From SAR92 clade bacterium (GTDB lineage Bacteria > Pseudomonadota > Gammaproteobacteria > Pseudomonadales > Porticoccaceae), in the NCBI GenBank assembly GCA_018607525.1, contig JABBBH010000051.1, forward strand, positions 4,394 through 68,393: a DNA stretch of 64,000 nt, given 5' to 3'. The first letter of the stretch is position 1; each line of letters starts with the position of its first letter. Below are positions 25,283 through 35,999 of this stretch, in pieces. The translations under genes and the position numbers were made by a program. Under the pieces are notes generated by a model. The model ran no database searches. It was given only the letters and a program-made list of their open reading frames with translations, and had not been told where the DNA came from.

Positions 25283-27376
25283 CTATTTAGCCGGAGCCAG
25301 TAGTGAAATATCAGCTACGTGCATAAATAGTTGTTGTAGCTTGGCTAACAGTGCCAGTCTGTTTTGGCGCAGAGCCATATCATCTGCCATAACCATGACA
25401 TCTTCAAAGAATTGATCGACGGTCTCACGTAACCCGGCAAGTTTCTCCAGTACAGCATTATAGTCACGCTGACTGAGTAAGGGCGTAATCTGCTCTTCAA
25501 GAGCCAAAAGCTGATCGGCAAGCTGAATCTCTGCAGTATCCTGTAATAGTGACGGATCTAATGGTGCTGAATTTCCCTCAGGCAGCTGCTTAGCTAAAAT
25601 ATTTGATACACGTTTATTGGCAGCGGCAAGGGCAGCTGCCTCAGATAATAATGAAAATTTGTGTACGGCCGCGACACGCGCATCAATATCCAATGGATTG
25701 CTGAGAGATAATGCGGCTACAGATAAAAACACTTCAGTTTGCATGCCTTTTTCTTTATACCAAGATTTAAAACGCTCTAAAACGTAAGTAAGTACTTGCT
25801 TTTGTAGCTCATCGCCACTTATTTTAGCGCGCTCGCCAAGCTCAAATTGCGCACTACTGGCAGCAATTAGGTCGGTTAAATTAAGATCAATGTTACGTTC
25901 TAGCATAATTCTTAGCACGCCCAGACTTGCTCGGCGTAAAGCGAAGGGGTCTCGTGAGCCTGAGGGCTGTTGCCCTATGCTAAAGATACCAACCAAGCTA
26001 TCTAGTCGGTCGGCCAGTGCTAGGGTGGCGCCAATATCGGTGGTGGGAACAATGTCACCCGAAAATCTCGGAAGGTATTGTTCAAAAATTGCTTCAGCTA
26101 CCTGAGGGTCTTCACCATCATGAAGGGCATAGTCTCGACCCATGGCGCCCTGTAAATCATCAAACTCACCTACCATATCGGTGACTAAGTCTGATTTACT
26201 GAGTTCGGCAGCTTTTTGAGCTAATTTTGGATTGGCGCCAATCTGTTCCGCTAGCTGTGATGCGATGTTCGCTACGCGCTGGGTTTTATCGAACACAGAA
26301 CCAAGATCTGCCTGAAAAACGATGTTCTTAAGGGCGGCGCGACGGCATTCTAGAGTTGTTTTCTTATCGTTTGCATAAAAGAAGGCGGCGTCTGCTAGGC
26401 GGGGCCGAATAACGCGCTCATTACCATCAATAACCTGTGCTGGGTCGGTGCTTTCAATATTGGCCACCGTAATAAAGGCGGGCAATAATTGTTGTTGAGC
26501 GTCGAGCACATGGAAATATTTTTGATGTTCTTTCATAGATGAAATTAATGCTTGTGAGGGTATTGATAAAAAATGTTTATCAAATTTTCCCATCAGGGGC
26601 ACGGGCCACTCATTGAGTGCGGCGACTTCATCCAGAAGGTCAGGATCTATGCAGGCATTACCATTGATACTTTCCGCTAGCTCAGTAACACCTTCAAGAA
26701 TGATTTGCTTCCGATCATTGAAATCAGCAATAACATAGGCGTCTTTCAGTTGCTGTTGATAGGTGCTTGGCGATTGTATCTGTATGTCTTTATTGGCATG
26801 GAATCTATGACCACGACTGGTATTAGAGGCTTCAATGCCTAGTATGGGTTGCTTAATGACTTCGCCATCAAATAAAAGCACTGCCCATTGAGCGGGGCGG
26901 ACAAATTCTTCCTTTTTGTACCCCCAGCGCATGCGCTTTGGAATAGGCAGCTGAGAAAGCGACTGATTAATAATATCGGCTAACAAACTCTTAGTGTCTG
27001 AGCCAGCCTGGGTTAGTCGAACGCAAAGTTTGTCCTGTTGGCCATCATTCTCAATCAGCGATTTTAAATCTTCTAGGGCTAGATTGTTCTTCTTGGCAAA
27101 AGCTTCAGCCGCACGTGAGGGTTCGCCATTATCGTTAAAGGCTACTTTAACCGGTGGCCCCCAGTTAACAATATCTTTGTCTGGTGTTTGTCGATCTAGC
27201 TCTGATACAACAACGGCAAGTCGACGCGGCGCAGCAAAAGATTTAAAGCTGTTAAAGCTAAGCCCCTGATCCTTTAGCCCTTTAATAATACCGTCGGTAA
27301 AGGCATTAGATAATTTTTTTAATGACTTAGGCGGTAGCTCTTCCGTCCCTAGCTCTATTAGAAAATCAGCACTCAT
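25283..27376 (-). CDS. glyS: Glycine-tRNA ligase beta subunit
   Basis: [26 protein letters not shown]. Confidence 0.98.
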   Translation of the reverse strand: MSADFLIELGTEELPPKSLKKLSNAFTDGIIKGLKDQGLSFNSFKSFAAPRRLAVVVSELDRQTPDKDIVNWGPPVKVAFNDNGEPSRAAEAFAKKNNLALEDLKSLIENDGQQDKLCVRLTQAGSDTKSLLADIINQSLSQLPIPKRMRWGYKKEEFVRPAQWAVLLFDGEVIKQPILGIEASNTSRGHRFHANKDIQIQSPSTYQQQLKDAYVIADFNDRKQIILEGVTELAESINGNACIDPDLLDEVAALNEWPVPLMGKFDKHFLSIPSQALISSMKEHQKYFHVLDAQQQLLPAFITVANIESTDPAQVIDGNERVIRPRLADAAFFYANDKKTTLECRRAALKNIVFQADLGSVFDKTQRVANIASQLAEQIGANPKLAQKAAELSKSDLVTDMVGEFDDLQGAMGRDYALHDGEDPQVAEAIFEQYLPRFSGDIVPTTDIGATLALADRLDSLVGIFSIGQQPSGSRDPFALRRASLGVLRIMLERNIDLNLTDLIAASSAQFELGERAKISGDELQKQVLTYVLERFKSWYKEKGMQTEVFLSVAALSLSNPLDIDARVAAVHKFSLLSEAAALAAANKRVSNILAKQLPEGNSAPLDPSLLQDTAEIQLADQLLALEEQITPLLSQRDYNAVLEKLAGLRETVDQFFEDVMVMADDMALRQNRLALLAKLQQLFMHVADISLLAPAK

Positions 27377-28314
27377 TTTGATTCTCCCTGATGTTTTGCT
27401 ATCACTTCTTCAGCAATCTTGCTATCCGCCAAGGGGAAACCCGCTTCTAGTCGTGAATCAAAATAGCCCTGCGCAACGCCCCTTGCTAAGGTTCGTACTC
27501 TAAGGATATAGCGTTGGCGCTCAGTGACAGAAATTGCCTTGCGCGCATCTAATAGATTAAAGGTATGTGAGGCTTTCATTACCATTTCGTAGGCAGGTAA
27601 TGGCAGCTTAGCCTGAATTAACTTTTCGCCATCTTTTTCGTATTGGTCAAAGGCTTTAAACAAAAATTCTGTATCGGCATGCTCAAAGTTGTAGGCTGAA
27701 AGTTCTCTTTCATTTTGCAAGAAAACGTCGCCATAGGTGACGGTACCCGATGAGCTTTTGGACCACACAAGATCATAGATACTATCAACCCCTTGAAGGT
27801 ACATGGCAATTCGCTCAAGGCCGTAGGTAATCTCGCCAGTAACAGGGTAACACTCGAGTCCGCCCACCTGTTGAAAATAGGTAAACTGTGTAACTTCCAT
27901 GCCGTTTAGCCAGACTTCCCAGCCAAGACCCCAGGCGCCTAGCGTGGGTGATTCCCAGTTGTCCTCAACAAATCTTATGTCATGAATGGCAGGATCAACG
28001 CCCAGTTCGCGCAATGAATCTAGGTATAGCTCTTGAATATTGTCAGGCGATGGCTTGAGCGCTACTTGAAACTGATAGTAATGCTGTAAGCGGTTGGGAT
28101 TTTCGCCATAGCGGCCATCAGTAGGTCGACGCGAGGGCTGAACATAGGCACAGTTCCATACCTCAGGGCCAATAGAGCGCAAGAAGGTCGCTGGATGAAA
28201 AGTCCCGGCGCCAACTTCCATATCCAACGGCTGCATAATGACACAGCCCTGTTTAGCCCAAAAGTCCTGAAGAGTCGCAATAAGCTCCTGAAAAGTTTGA
28301 GGAGCAGCCGTCAT
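27373..28314 (-). CDS. glyQ: Glycine-tRNA ligase alpha subunit
   Basis: [29 protein letters not shown]; likely ATG at 28314. Confidence 0.99.
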   Translation of the reverse strand: MTAAPQTFQELIATLQDFWAKQGCVIMQPLDMEVGAGTFHPATFLRSIGPEVWNCAYVQPSRRPTDGRYGENPNRLQHYYQFQVALKPSPDNIQELYLDSLRELGVDPAIHDIRFVEDNWESPTLGAWGLGWEVWLNGMEVTQFTYFQQVGGLECYPVTGEITYGLERIAMYLQGVDSIYDLVWSKSSSGTVTYGDVFLQNERELSAYNFEHADTEFLFKAFDQYEKDGEKLIQAKLPLPAYEMVMKASHTFNLLDARKAISVTERQRYILRVRTLARGVAQGYFDSRLEAGFPLADSKIAEEVIAKHQGESK

Positions 28315-28495
28315 ATTTGCCACAAAAATCACCTAAAAATTCGAATGTATTACTTTAATGCGCAATTATAAACGTGCAGACTGATAAAGATAGGGGCAAA
28401 AAACACTGAAAACGTTTAATTTGATCATCCCAAACGAGTTATATCGCGATATAATGAAAGTCTAATGATTAAATATTGGTTCAATGGAGTTTTAA

Positions 28496-29392
28496 ATGGC
28501 GCATATTAAAAGCGGCGATAAGGTTCGCAAGGCAGTTTTTCCTGTAGCGGGCATGGGTTCAAGATTTTTACCGGCCACCAAAGCTAATCCAAAAGAAATG
28601 ATGCCAGTGGTTGATAAACCGCTCATTCAGTACGCTGTAGAGGAAGCCGTTGAGGCGGGTATTACAGAAATGATTTTTGTGACTGGCCGAACCAAGCGCA
28701 GTATTGCCGATCACTTCGATAAAGCTTATGAATTAGAGCATCAGCTTGAGCAGCGTGGCAAAAAAGAATTACTCAAAATTGCACAGAACGTGGTGCCAAA
28801 AGGCGTTAGCTGCACCTATATTCGCCAAAATGAAGCCTTAGGCCTGGGTCATGCAGTTGCCGTTACCGCCCACCTGGTCGGTGATGAGCCCTTTGCTGTT
28901 TTACTAGCAGATGATTTAATTCATCACAAAAAAGGCGCTGTAAAGCAAATGGTTGAAGCCTTTGATTATTACAAAAGCTCAGTGATTGCGGTGCAGCAGG
29001 TCGATGGCCCTGAGATTTCATCCTATGGCGTAATCAGCGGTAAAAAACAGACTGATAGAGTTCATCTGTTGAACGAAATTGTTGAAAAACCCGCCTTTGA
29101 AGACGCGCCGTCTAACATGGGCGTTACCGGTCGCTATATTTTCACCCCACAAATTTTTGAACATCTGGCAAAACTTAAGCCAGGGGCTGGCGGCGAATTG
29201 CAACTCACGGACGCCATTCAGACATTGCTAAAAGCCGAGCAGGTGCTTGCCTATGAGTATGAGGGCATTCGTTATGACTGTGGCAGTAAGATGGGACTGT
29301 TAAAAGCCAACATTGAATTGGGTATAGAGCATCATGAAATCGGTGATGAGCTGCGTGAATATTTGCGGACCGAACTGCCCGAGAAATTATGA
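28496..29392 (+). CDS. galU: UTP-glucose-1-phosphate uridylyltransferase
   Basis: AVFPVAGMGSRFLPATKA.PKEM, GLGHAV, ELQLTDAI, RYDCGSK.G. Confidence 0.95.
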   Translation: MAHIKSGDKVRKAVFPVAGMGSRFLPATKANPKEMMPVVDKPLIQYAVEEAVEAGITEMIFVTGRTKRSIADHFDKAYELEHQLEQRGKKELLKIAQNVVPKGVSCTYIRQNEALGLGHAVAVTAHLVGDEPFAVLLADDLIHHKKGAVKQMVEAFDYYKSSVIAVQQVDGPEISSYGVISGKKQTDRVHLLNEIVEKPAFEDAPSNMGVTGRYIFTPQIFEHLAKLKPGAGGELQLTDAIQTLLKAEQVLAYEYEGIRYDCGSKMGLLKANIELGIEHHEIGDELREYLRTELPEKL

Positions 29393-30273
29393 AATCTGCC
29401 CTTGCGCTCAGCCTACTAAAAATAATCTCGCTTTTACCTTTGGGTTTGGCGAGATTTTTTGGTTACATCATGGGCGTATTTATGGCGACCTTTGCGACGG
29501 CTGCTTATAAGACTACTCATCAGAACCTAGCCCATTGTTTTCCTAACAACCCATATAAAGCTAATAAAGCGCTAGCCAAAGCTAGGATGAAGCATTTTGG
29601 GCAAGCCTTTTTTGAAACTCCGGGCCTATGGCGAAGACCTTCGGGCTGGTTGCAATCAAAAATTGTCGCGGTTGAGGGAGAGTCGTACCTTAAAGATGCC
29701 ATTGCCAATGATCGCGGCACCATTTTATTGATACCTCATCAGGGTAATTGGGAGGTAATAGGGCTTTGGGTGGCAAAGCAGGCGGCTATGACCTCTCTGT
29801 ATCAGCCGCCAAAAAATCCTCTGCTGGGAAATTGGATTAAAAAATCTCGCGAGCAAACAGGAGCCAATCTAGTGCCAACCAATGTCCGCGGGGTCGCGGC
29901 TTTACTTAAAGCCCTAAACCGAGGCGAGACAGTGGCGATTCTTCCCGATCAGCAACCACCAAAGGCCAGCGGTGATTTTGCACCCTTATTTGGCAAGCCA
30001 GTATTGACCATGACATTGGCTTATAACCTGTTGAATCGATCTAATAGTCAGGCCCTATTTTGCACCGCACTGCGTGAAAAAGGGGGCTGGAGATTACATT
30101 TTGTTCCGGCTAATCAGGCTATCTACAGTGAGGATCAGGCGATTAGCCTCAGGGCTATGAATCAAGGCGTTGAATCTATTGCCGCTCAGGCTATGGATCA
30201 GTATCAGTGGGAATATAAGCGCTATCGTACGCAGCCTGAAGGTTATCCACCTATTTATTCGTCTGGAAGTTAA
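29389..30273 (+). CDS. Lipid A biosynthesis acyltransferase (LpxL/HtrB family)
   Basis: PHQGNWE, ILPDQ, QYQWEYKRYR. Confidence 0.85.
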   Translation: MKSALALSLLKIISLLPLGLARFFGYIMGVFMATFATAAYKTTHQNLAHCFPNNPYKANKALAKARMKHFGQAFFETPGLWRRPSGWLQSKIVAVEGESYLKDAIANDRGTILLIPHQGNWEVIGLWVAKQAAMTSLYQPPKNPLLGNWIKKSREQTGANLVPTNVRGVAALLKALNRGETVAILPDQQPPKASGDFAPLFGKPVLTMTLAYNLLNRSNSQALFCTALREKGGWRLHFVPANQAIYSEDQAISLRAMNQGVESIAAQAMDQYQWEYKRYRTQPEGYPPIYSSGS

Positions 30274-30276
30274 GCT

Positions 30277-30846
30277 TTGTCGCTGCCTCCTATTATGCCT
30301 GTTAAACCTGCTGAAATATCATGGTACAGCATGCTATCTCAGACAGATTATCGTGTGCCCAAGTTATGGCGAGACTGGTTGTTTGACGCAGGATCCTTAA
30401 CTCAGCGGTTACTGGATGCCAGTGATGGTGAGCTGTCGGTGCATGTAATTAAGCAGCAATTTCAAGTGCCATCATTGTCAGAGCGTCATATCTTGGGGCT
30501 ACCGGACAGGCAGCAGGCATTGATTCGTGAAGTGTTATTATGCGGCGCGGGCCAACCTTGGGTTTTTGCCCGCAGTATAATCCCTCTAACGACGCTCTCA
30601 GGACGGTTACGCAAGCTGAGGCAGTTGGATAATCAACCTCTGGGTGCGCTGTTGTTTAAAGACCCTTCAATGACGCGTGAGGCTGTTGAAGTTGCCTGTG
30701 TTAACAATAACAACAACCAACTACCTTGCCGATCTCTAGTTGATGAAAGCCCTGTTTGGGGAAGACGCTCCGTATTTAGGCTTGATAAAAAGCCCTTATT
30801 GGTTGCTGAATTTTTTCTGCCGTCATTTAACCCAGAGAGTCGATAA
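30277..30846 (+). CDS. ubiC: Chorismate pyruvate-lyase
   Basis: WLFDAGSLTQRL, REVLLCG..QPWVFARS, PLGALLF, WGRRS; adjacent to ubiA; start codon uncertain. Confidence 0.92.
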   Translation: MSLPPIMPVKPAEISWYSMLSQTDYRVPKLWRDWLFDAGSLTQRLLDASDGELSVHVIKQQFQVPSLSERHILGLPDRQQALIREVLLCGAGQPWVFARSIIPLTTLSGRLRKLRQLDNQPLGALLFKDPSMTREAVEVACVNNNNNQLPCRSLVDESPVWGRRSVFRLDKKPLLVAEFFLPSFNPESR

Positions 30847-30867
30847 CGGATAAGATTTTGATAACCC

Positions 30868-31734
30868 ATGAAACCTACTAAACAGTTACAACAGAATCCC
30901 TGGATTCGCCTAATGCGTTTTGACAAACCCATTGGTATATACCTGTTACTATGGCCAACTTACTGGGGGCTGTGGTTTGCTTCAAATGGCCAGCCTAGTT
31001 TGAAGAATTTGATCATATTCACTTTGGGCGTGATTGTGATGAGAGCTGCGGGCTGTGTGATTAACGACTATGCGGATCGTCATGTCGATGGCAAAGTAGA
31101 GCGTACCCGTCATAGACCGATTCCTGCAGGCGAGATAGCGCCACAGCATGCACTGCTAGTATTTTTTGTGTTATTGATAATTGCACTGGGCTTAGTGGTT
31201 GCGACAAATATTCTAACTGTCCAGTTAGCGATTGTGGGAACCTTGCTAGCCGCCTGTTACCCATTTTTAAAGCGTGTAACCCATCTACCTCAACTTGGCT
31301 TGGGCGCGGCTTGGGCCTGGGCAATACCTATGGCATTTGCCGCAGAGCAAGAGGCACTGCCAGAGGCCCTTTGGTTAATTGTTGTGGCGATTATTTGTTG
31401 GACGGTTGCCTTTGATACCTACTACGCAATGGTTGATCGAGATGATGACTTAAAAACAGGCATTAAATCTACCGCCATATTATTTGGTCAATATGACTTA
31501 GTGATTGTGGCAGGCTTGCAGTTCATGATGCTGTTATTTTTGGTCATGGCAGGACATTATTTTGATCGCGGCTGGATTTACATGGTGGGTTTGATTTTGG
31601 CGGCAGGCTATTTTATTCAGCAGCATCTTCATGCCAGAGGGCGCAATAAAGAAAATTGTTTTAGGGCATTCCTTAACAATCATCGCGTAGGGATGGTTAT
31701 TTTTATTGCCTTAGCTCTGGATTATCGCCTCTAA
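30868..31734 (+). CDS. ubiA: 4-hydroxybenzoate polyprenyltransferase
   Basis: RFDKPIG.YLLLWP, NDYADRHVD, DT.YAMVDRDDD. Confidence 0.97.
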   Translation: MKPTKQLQQNPWIRLMRFDKPIGIYLLLWPTYWGLWFASNGQPSLKNLIIFTLGVIVMRAAGCVINDYADRHVDGKVERTRHRPIPAGEIAPQHALLVFFVLLIIALGLVVATNILTVQLAIVGTLLAACYPFLKRVTHLPQLGLGAAWAWAIPMAFAAEQEALPEALWLIVVAIICWTVAFDTYYAMVDRDDDLKTGIKSTAILFGQYDLVIVAGLQFMMLLFLVMAGHYFDRGWIYMVGLILAAGYFIQQHLHARGRNKENCFRAFLNNHRVGMVIFIALALDYRL

Positions 31735-32511
31735 TTATACTTCTGCGCGACAGAAAACCCATTTGTTGCCTTCACTCATGGCTGAGTTATAGCTGTAACC
31801 ATCTACATTGAACTCTTTTAGCCCCTCAGCCACAGTAATCTTATTTTTAATAATAAAGGCACTCATTAGGCCCCGCGCTCGTTTGGCATAAAAGCTAATA
31901 ATTTTATATTTATCATTTTTTTGATCCATAAAGACTGGGGTGATAATTTCAGCTTTAAGATTTTTTGGCTGTACCGATTTAAAATATTCGTTGGAAGCAA
32001 GATTGATCAAAACTGAGTTGGGCTGTGCCGATAACAGCTTATTCAGCTCATCGGTGATAATACTCCCCCAGAATTGGTAAAGGTTAGTGCCGCGTTGGTT
32101 GGCAAACTGGGTTCCCATCTCTAATCTATAGGGTTGCATGAGATCTAGCGGCCGCAATAACCCATAGAGCCCTGACAGAATACGCAAATTATCCTGAGCA
32201 AAACAAAGTTCGTCTGCTGACATGTTGTCTGCGTCTAGCCCCTGATAGACGTCGCCTTTAAAGGCGAGAACGGCCTGCTTGGCGTTGTCGGTAGAAAAGG
32301 GTGTTTGCCATTCTTGAAAGCGCTCGAAATTAAGTGCGCCAAGCTTGTCACTTAGGCTCATTAGCGAGCAAATGTCTTCGGGGGGCAATTGTCGTAACTC
32401 GTTTAACAGCTGCTCAGAGTGCTCTAGGAGTAGCGGTTGGCTATACTCTTGAGGTTTTTCAGATTGGCTATAGTCTAATTTTTTAGCGGGTGAGATAACG
32501 GTCAGCATCAT
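31735..32511 (-). CDS. yaaA: Peroxide stress protein YaaA (UPF0246)
   Basis: ISPAKKLD, FKGDVYQGL, LSGLYGLLRPLD.MQPYRLEMG, NLASNEY. Confidence 0.95.
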   Translation of the reverse strand: MMLTVISPAKKLDYSQSEKPQEYSQPLLLEHSEQLLNELRQLPPEDICSLMSLSDKLGALNFERFQEWQTPFSTDNAKQAVLAFKGDVYQGLDADNMSADELCFAQDNLRILSGLYGLLRPLDLMQPYRLEMGTQFANQRGTNLYQFWGSIITDELNKLLSAQPNSVLINLASNEYFKSVQPKNLKAEIITPVFMDQKNDKYKIISFYAKRARGLMSAFIIKNKITVAEGLKEFNVDGYSYNSAMSEGNKWVFCRAEV

Positions 32512-32616
32512 AATGGCTTCAGCCCTATAACTGGTTGCACAAATTACTTTTTCTTATTCTACTGCAAAATTGTCTGTTTGGTCTTGTTTCATAAAATATT
32601 CAGGTAGAATAGCCCC

Positions 32617-33138
32617 ATGAAATTTTTAGATAATATTTTACAAGGGATTAATTGTTTTACCCAATGGGTAGGGCGAGTTATTGCTTGGCTGTGTCTAATG
32701 CTGGTGAGTTTGACCGTTTTGGTGGTGCTTTTAAGATATTTCTTTGGCATGGGCTCGATTGCTGTTCAGGAGTCGGTTACCTATGTGCATTCGACCATCT
32801 TTATGCTGGGATTAGCCGTTGCCTTGCAGTGTGGTGGACATGTGCGGGTGGATATTTTCTACCGAGACTTTTCAGCACAACACAAGGCATGGGTTAATTT
32901 TCTGGGGGGTATATTTTTCTTATTGCCATTTTGTGGCCTCATACTTTTTAGTAGCTGGGACTATGTTTTAGCGAGCTGGGCGATTAAGGAAACATCGGCA
33001 GAAAGTGGCGGCATCGCAGCGGTTTACTTGCTTAAGTCGCTGATGATTTTGATGCCTATCACGCTGGCATTACAGGGGCTATCACAGATTCTAAGTAGCC
33101 TGTTATGCATTAAAGGCATTACTGAGGGAGATGCCTAA
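32617..33138 (+). CDS. TRAP transporter small permease (DctQ family)
   Basis: VVLLRY.F, GGHVRVDIFY; four TM segments. Confidence 0.9.
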   Translation: MKFLDNILQGINCFTQWVGRVIAWLCLMLVSLTVLVVLLRYFFGMGSIAVQESVTYVHSTIFMLGLAVALQCGGHVRVDIFYRDFSAQHKAWVNFLGGIFFLLPFCGLILFSSWDYVLASWAIKETSAESGGIAAVYLLKSLMILMPITLALQGLSQILSSLLCIKGITEGDA

Positions 33139-34511
33139 TGGCGGAATGGATCCCTTTTGTGATGTTTTTAACCGTTTGCTTGGTTTTAATGGCTGGCTAT
33201 CCCGTGGCTTTTTCACTGGCGGGTACGGCATTAATTTTTGCTTTTTTTGGCATGCTGACAGGGCACTTTGATCCGGCATTTTTACAGGCACTACCCAACC
33301 GCCTGTATGGCATTATGCAAAATGGCACCCTGATAGCGGTGCCCCTATTTGTACTGATGGGGATTATGCTAGAAAAATCCCGCTTAGCGGAAGACCTGCT
33401 CAGTAGTATGGCGGCTTTATTTGGCAGGTTTCGCAGCGGCTTGGGTGTTTCAGTGGTGCTTGTGGGTGCGCTATTAGCGGCGAGTACCGGTATTGTGGGC
33501 GCCACCGTGGTGACCATGGGCTTGATGTCACTACCGACCATGCTCAAAAGAGGTTATTCCTCCTCACAGGCGACGGGTATCATTGCCGCTACGGGTACCT
33601 TGGGTCAGATTATTCCACCCTCGATTGCTCTGGTGTTACTGGGCGATACGCTGTCGAGTGCCTATCAGCAGGCGCAACTCAATATGGGGATTTTTACCCC
33701 CAAAACAGTATCTATTGGCGACCTTTTTGTGGGGGCGATCGTCCCAGGGCTGATATTGGTTCTGTTTTATATTAGTTATGTGATTTTTTTTGTACGCCCC
33801 GAATCTCATGCTCAGGTGACTGAAGAAGGCGCTGCGCCACAGTTGAATATCGCAACCTTACTAGCTAATTTACTGCCACCAGTTTGTCTAATAATTGCTG
33901 TATTGGGCTCTATTCTCGCGGGGGCGGCAACGCCCTCAGAAGCTGCGGGCGTCGGTGCATTTGGTGCCCTGTTATTGGCGGCGCTAAAAGGCCGTCTAAA
34001 CATGGCAAGATTGCGCGAGGTAACACAGGGAACCGCCGAAGTAACCTCAATGGTTTTTTTGATACTTATTGGCGCAGCAGTTTTCTCGCTGGTATTTCGC
34101 GGTTTTGGTGGCGAAGAAATTGTCGAACAGTTTTTTGTTAATTTGCCTGGAGGTCTCTTCACCGCAACCGTATTGGTGATGCTAGTTATTTTCTTGCTCG
34201 GGTTTATTCTAGATTTTATCGAAATAACCTTTGTCGTTGTGCCTATTGTGGGTCCTGTGTTATTGGCGATGGGCTTAGATCCAGTATGGCTTGGGGTGAT
34301 GATAGCGATTAACCTACAAACCTCTTTTTTAACCCCACCATTTGGTTTTGCGCTATTTTATTTGCGTGGTGTCGCTCCCGCGACGGTAGAGACCTCAGCA
34401 ATGTATCGTGGTGTGATTCCGTTTATTATTATGCAGCTAATACTCATGATAATGCTGGCTATTTGGCCCCAGCTCGCCACATGGCTGCCCGACTTGGTCT
34501 ACGGCCACTAA
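33138..34511 (+). CDS. TRAP transporter large permease (DctM family)
   Basis: AVPLFVLMG, AASTGIVGA, GTLGQIIPPS, SFLTPPFG. Confidence 0.93.
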   Translation: MAEWIPFVMFLTVCLVLMAGYPVAFSLAGTALIFAFFGMLTGHFDPAFLQALPNRLYGIMQNGTLIAVPLFVLMGIMLEKSRLAEDLLSSMAALFGRFRSGLGVSVVLVGALLAASTGIVGATVVTMGLMSLPTMLKRGYSSSQATGIIAATGTLGQIIPPSIALVLLGDTLSSAYQQAQLNMGIFTPKTVSIGDLFVGAIVPGLILVLFYISYVIFFVRPESHAQVTEEGAAPQLNIATLLANLLPPVCLIIAVLGSILAGAATPSEAAGVGAFGALLLAALKGRLNMARLREVTQGTAEVTSMVFLILIGAAVFSLVFRGFGGEEIVEQFFVNLPGGLFTATVLVMLVIFLLGFILDFIEITFVVVPIVGPVLLAMGLDPVWLGVMIAINLQTSFLTPPFGFALFYLRGVAPATVETSAMYRGVIPFIIMQLILMIMLAIWPQLATWLPDLVYGH

Positions 34512-34522
34512 CCAATACAGTC

Positions 34523-35464
34523 TTAAAAAACCATGGCCTCAAAAATTTGCTTTCTTAGGCTAGGCTCTTCGTTGGCCATATGATGGTAAGCATCTTCGAT
34601 AATTTGTAATTGCATCTGCGGCAGTTTTTGTTCAAAAACCTCAAGGTTATATTTCCAGTCTAGGGTTTGGTCTGAGGTGCCCTGAATAATATTCACGGGG
34701 TAATCACTGCCATCACAGGTTTCAAATTCTTTGGCCCATTTTTCAGCAGCGCCAAACCAAGGCATTGGCATCACCTTAGGTTGAAGGAAATCTTTTTCAC
34801 GAAGAAACGCTAAAAAATCGGCATCATGAGAGCTTTCTCCAAAACGTCTTTTCAGAGCTTTGCGAAAGGGTGCCAAAATGGGTAAAAGGTGACGATTGAG
34901 CCACCATCCCTTTGGATGAAGAAGGGGCGCTAAAAGGTTTAAAGTGGCAAAGGGGTAGGGCACATTTTTTTCAGCGTCTAATAAATGCTTAAGTAAAATA
35001 GCGCCTCCAGTGCTTTGACCTAGGCTATGTAAGGGGCCGGTAAATCGCTGTTGGCAGACTGTTATTATCTGGTCCAGCACAAAAGTGTATTCCGAAAAGT
35101 CATTGATAGAGGCCCTTTCGCCATCAGATAGCCCAAGACCCGGTAAGTCAAAACAGACTACCGTGAAATCTTGGTCTAATAGGTGGTTAATTAAAGGGCC
35201 AAATAAGCCTAGGTGATCTAAGTAGCCATGCACAATAATGGCGGTGCCTTTCGAAGCAGAGGGTTCCCATGCAGCGGCAAAAATAGCTTGTTGATTAACC
35301 TGAATTGTCCCTAGGTAAAAGTTTAGCTCGGGCGCTTTATCCGGCAGGCTGTAATGGTTTGTGTACGACGACAACAGGGGGCTTAGCGTCTTGTGATCGA
35401 CGATATCAAATACCGGCAGTGTTTTTTTAAGTTCGACAATTGAGTCCGAGCTAAACTCGAGCAT
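34523..35464 (-). CDS. Alpha/beta hydrolase (lysophospholipase-like, Hydrolase_4)
   Basis: VHGYLDH, FDLPG.G.S.G, nucleophile elbow GQSTGG, AYHHMANE. Confidence 0.85.
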   Translation of the reverse strand: MLEFSSDSIVELKKTLPVFDIVDHKTLSPLLSSYTNHYSLPDKAPELNFYLGTIQVNQQAIFAAAWEPSASKGTAIIVHGYLDHLGLFGPLINHLLDQDFTVVCFDLPGLGLSDGERASINDFSEYTFVLDQIITVCQQRFTGPLHSLGQSTGGAILLKHLLDAEKNVPYPFATLNLLAPLLHPKGWWLNRHLLPILAPFRKALKRRFGESSHDADFLAFLREKDFLQPKVMPMPWFGAAEKWAKEFETCDGSDYPVNIIQGTSDQTLDWKYNLEVFEQKLPQMQLQIIEDAYHHMANEEPSLRKQIFEAMVF

Positions 35465-35594
35465 GTCGCACCCCTTATAAGCTTATTAGTTTAATCTTGT
35501 TATTGCGCTTAACTTATAATCGCACAGCCACGACTAAATTCAAGGAATGAATTGCGTTATAACAAAAAAGGGCGAATTTAACCCCGAGTGCGGG

Positions 35595-35999
35595 TTAGTC
35601 AGTTGATAGAGAAATATCGTACACACCCGCTTCTCTTGCCTGATCAGAAATAATTACAAAGACTTCTGTTTTAGCTTTAGGGTGGGAACTAATTACAACT
35701 TTAGCCTCGGGTTTGGCAGCGTGTAAGCGCTCAACATTAGCCCTTACAGAGCGAATATCAATTCTTCGGCCTTCGAGCATAATTTCATTGCTTTCAGAAA
35801 CTCGAAAAACAATATTAGTATTGGCAGAGTCGGGCGGCGGCTGATCAGAGGTGGGTGGGCGGTCAACATTAAGACCAGTTTCATTAACGAAAGAGGCGGT
35901 TACAATAAAGAAAATAAGCATGATAAACACCACATCCAACATGGGTGTTAAATCAATTTGGGAATCATCTTCCCCTTTGCGTCTTTTACCTAAAGCCAT
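35595..35999 (-). CDS. exbD: Biopolymer transport protein ExbD/TolR family
   Basis: IDLTPMLDVVFIMLIFFIVT. Confidence 0.9.
   Translation of the reverse strand: MALGKRRKGEDDSQIDLTPMLDVVFIMLIFFIVTASFVNETGLNVDRPPTSDQPPPDSANTNIVFRVSESNEIMLEGRRIDIRSVRANVERLHAAKPEAKVVISSHPKAKTEVFVIISDQAREAGVYDISLSTD

Noticed and set aside
31730-31740. Abutting convergent stops with no terminator (ubiA/yaaA; likewise mutM/coaD at 36956-36962)
   Set aside because: A common result of genome compaction, with no sign of a specific antisense system.
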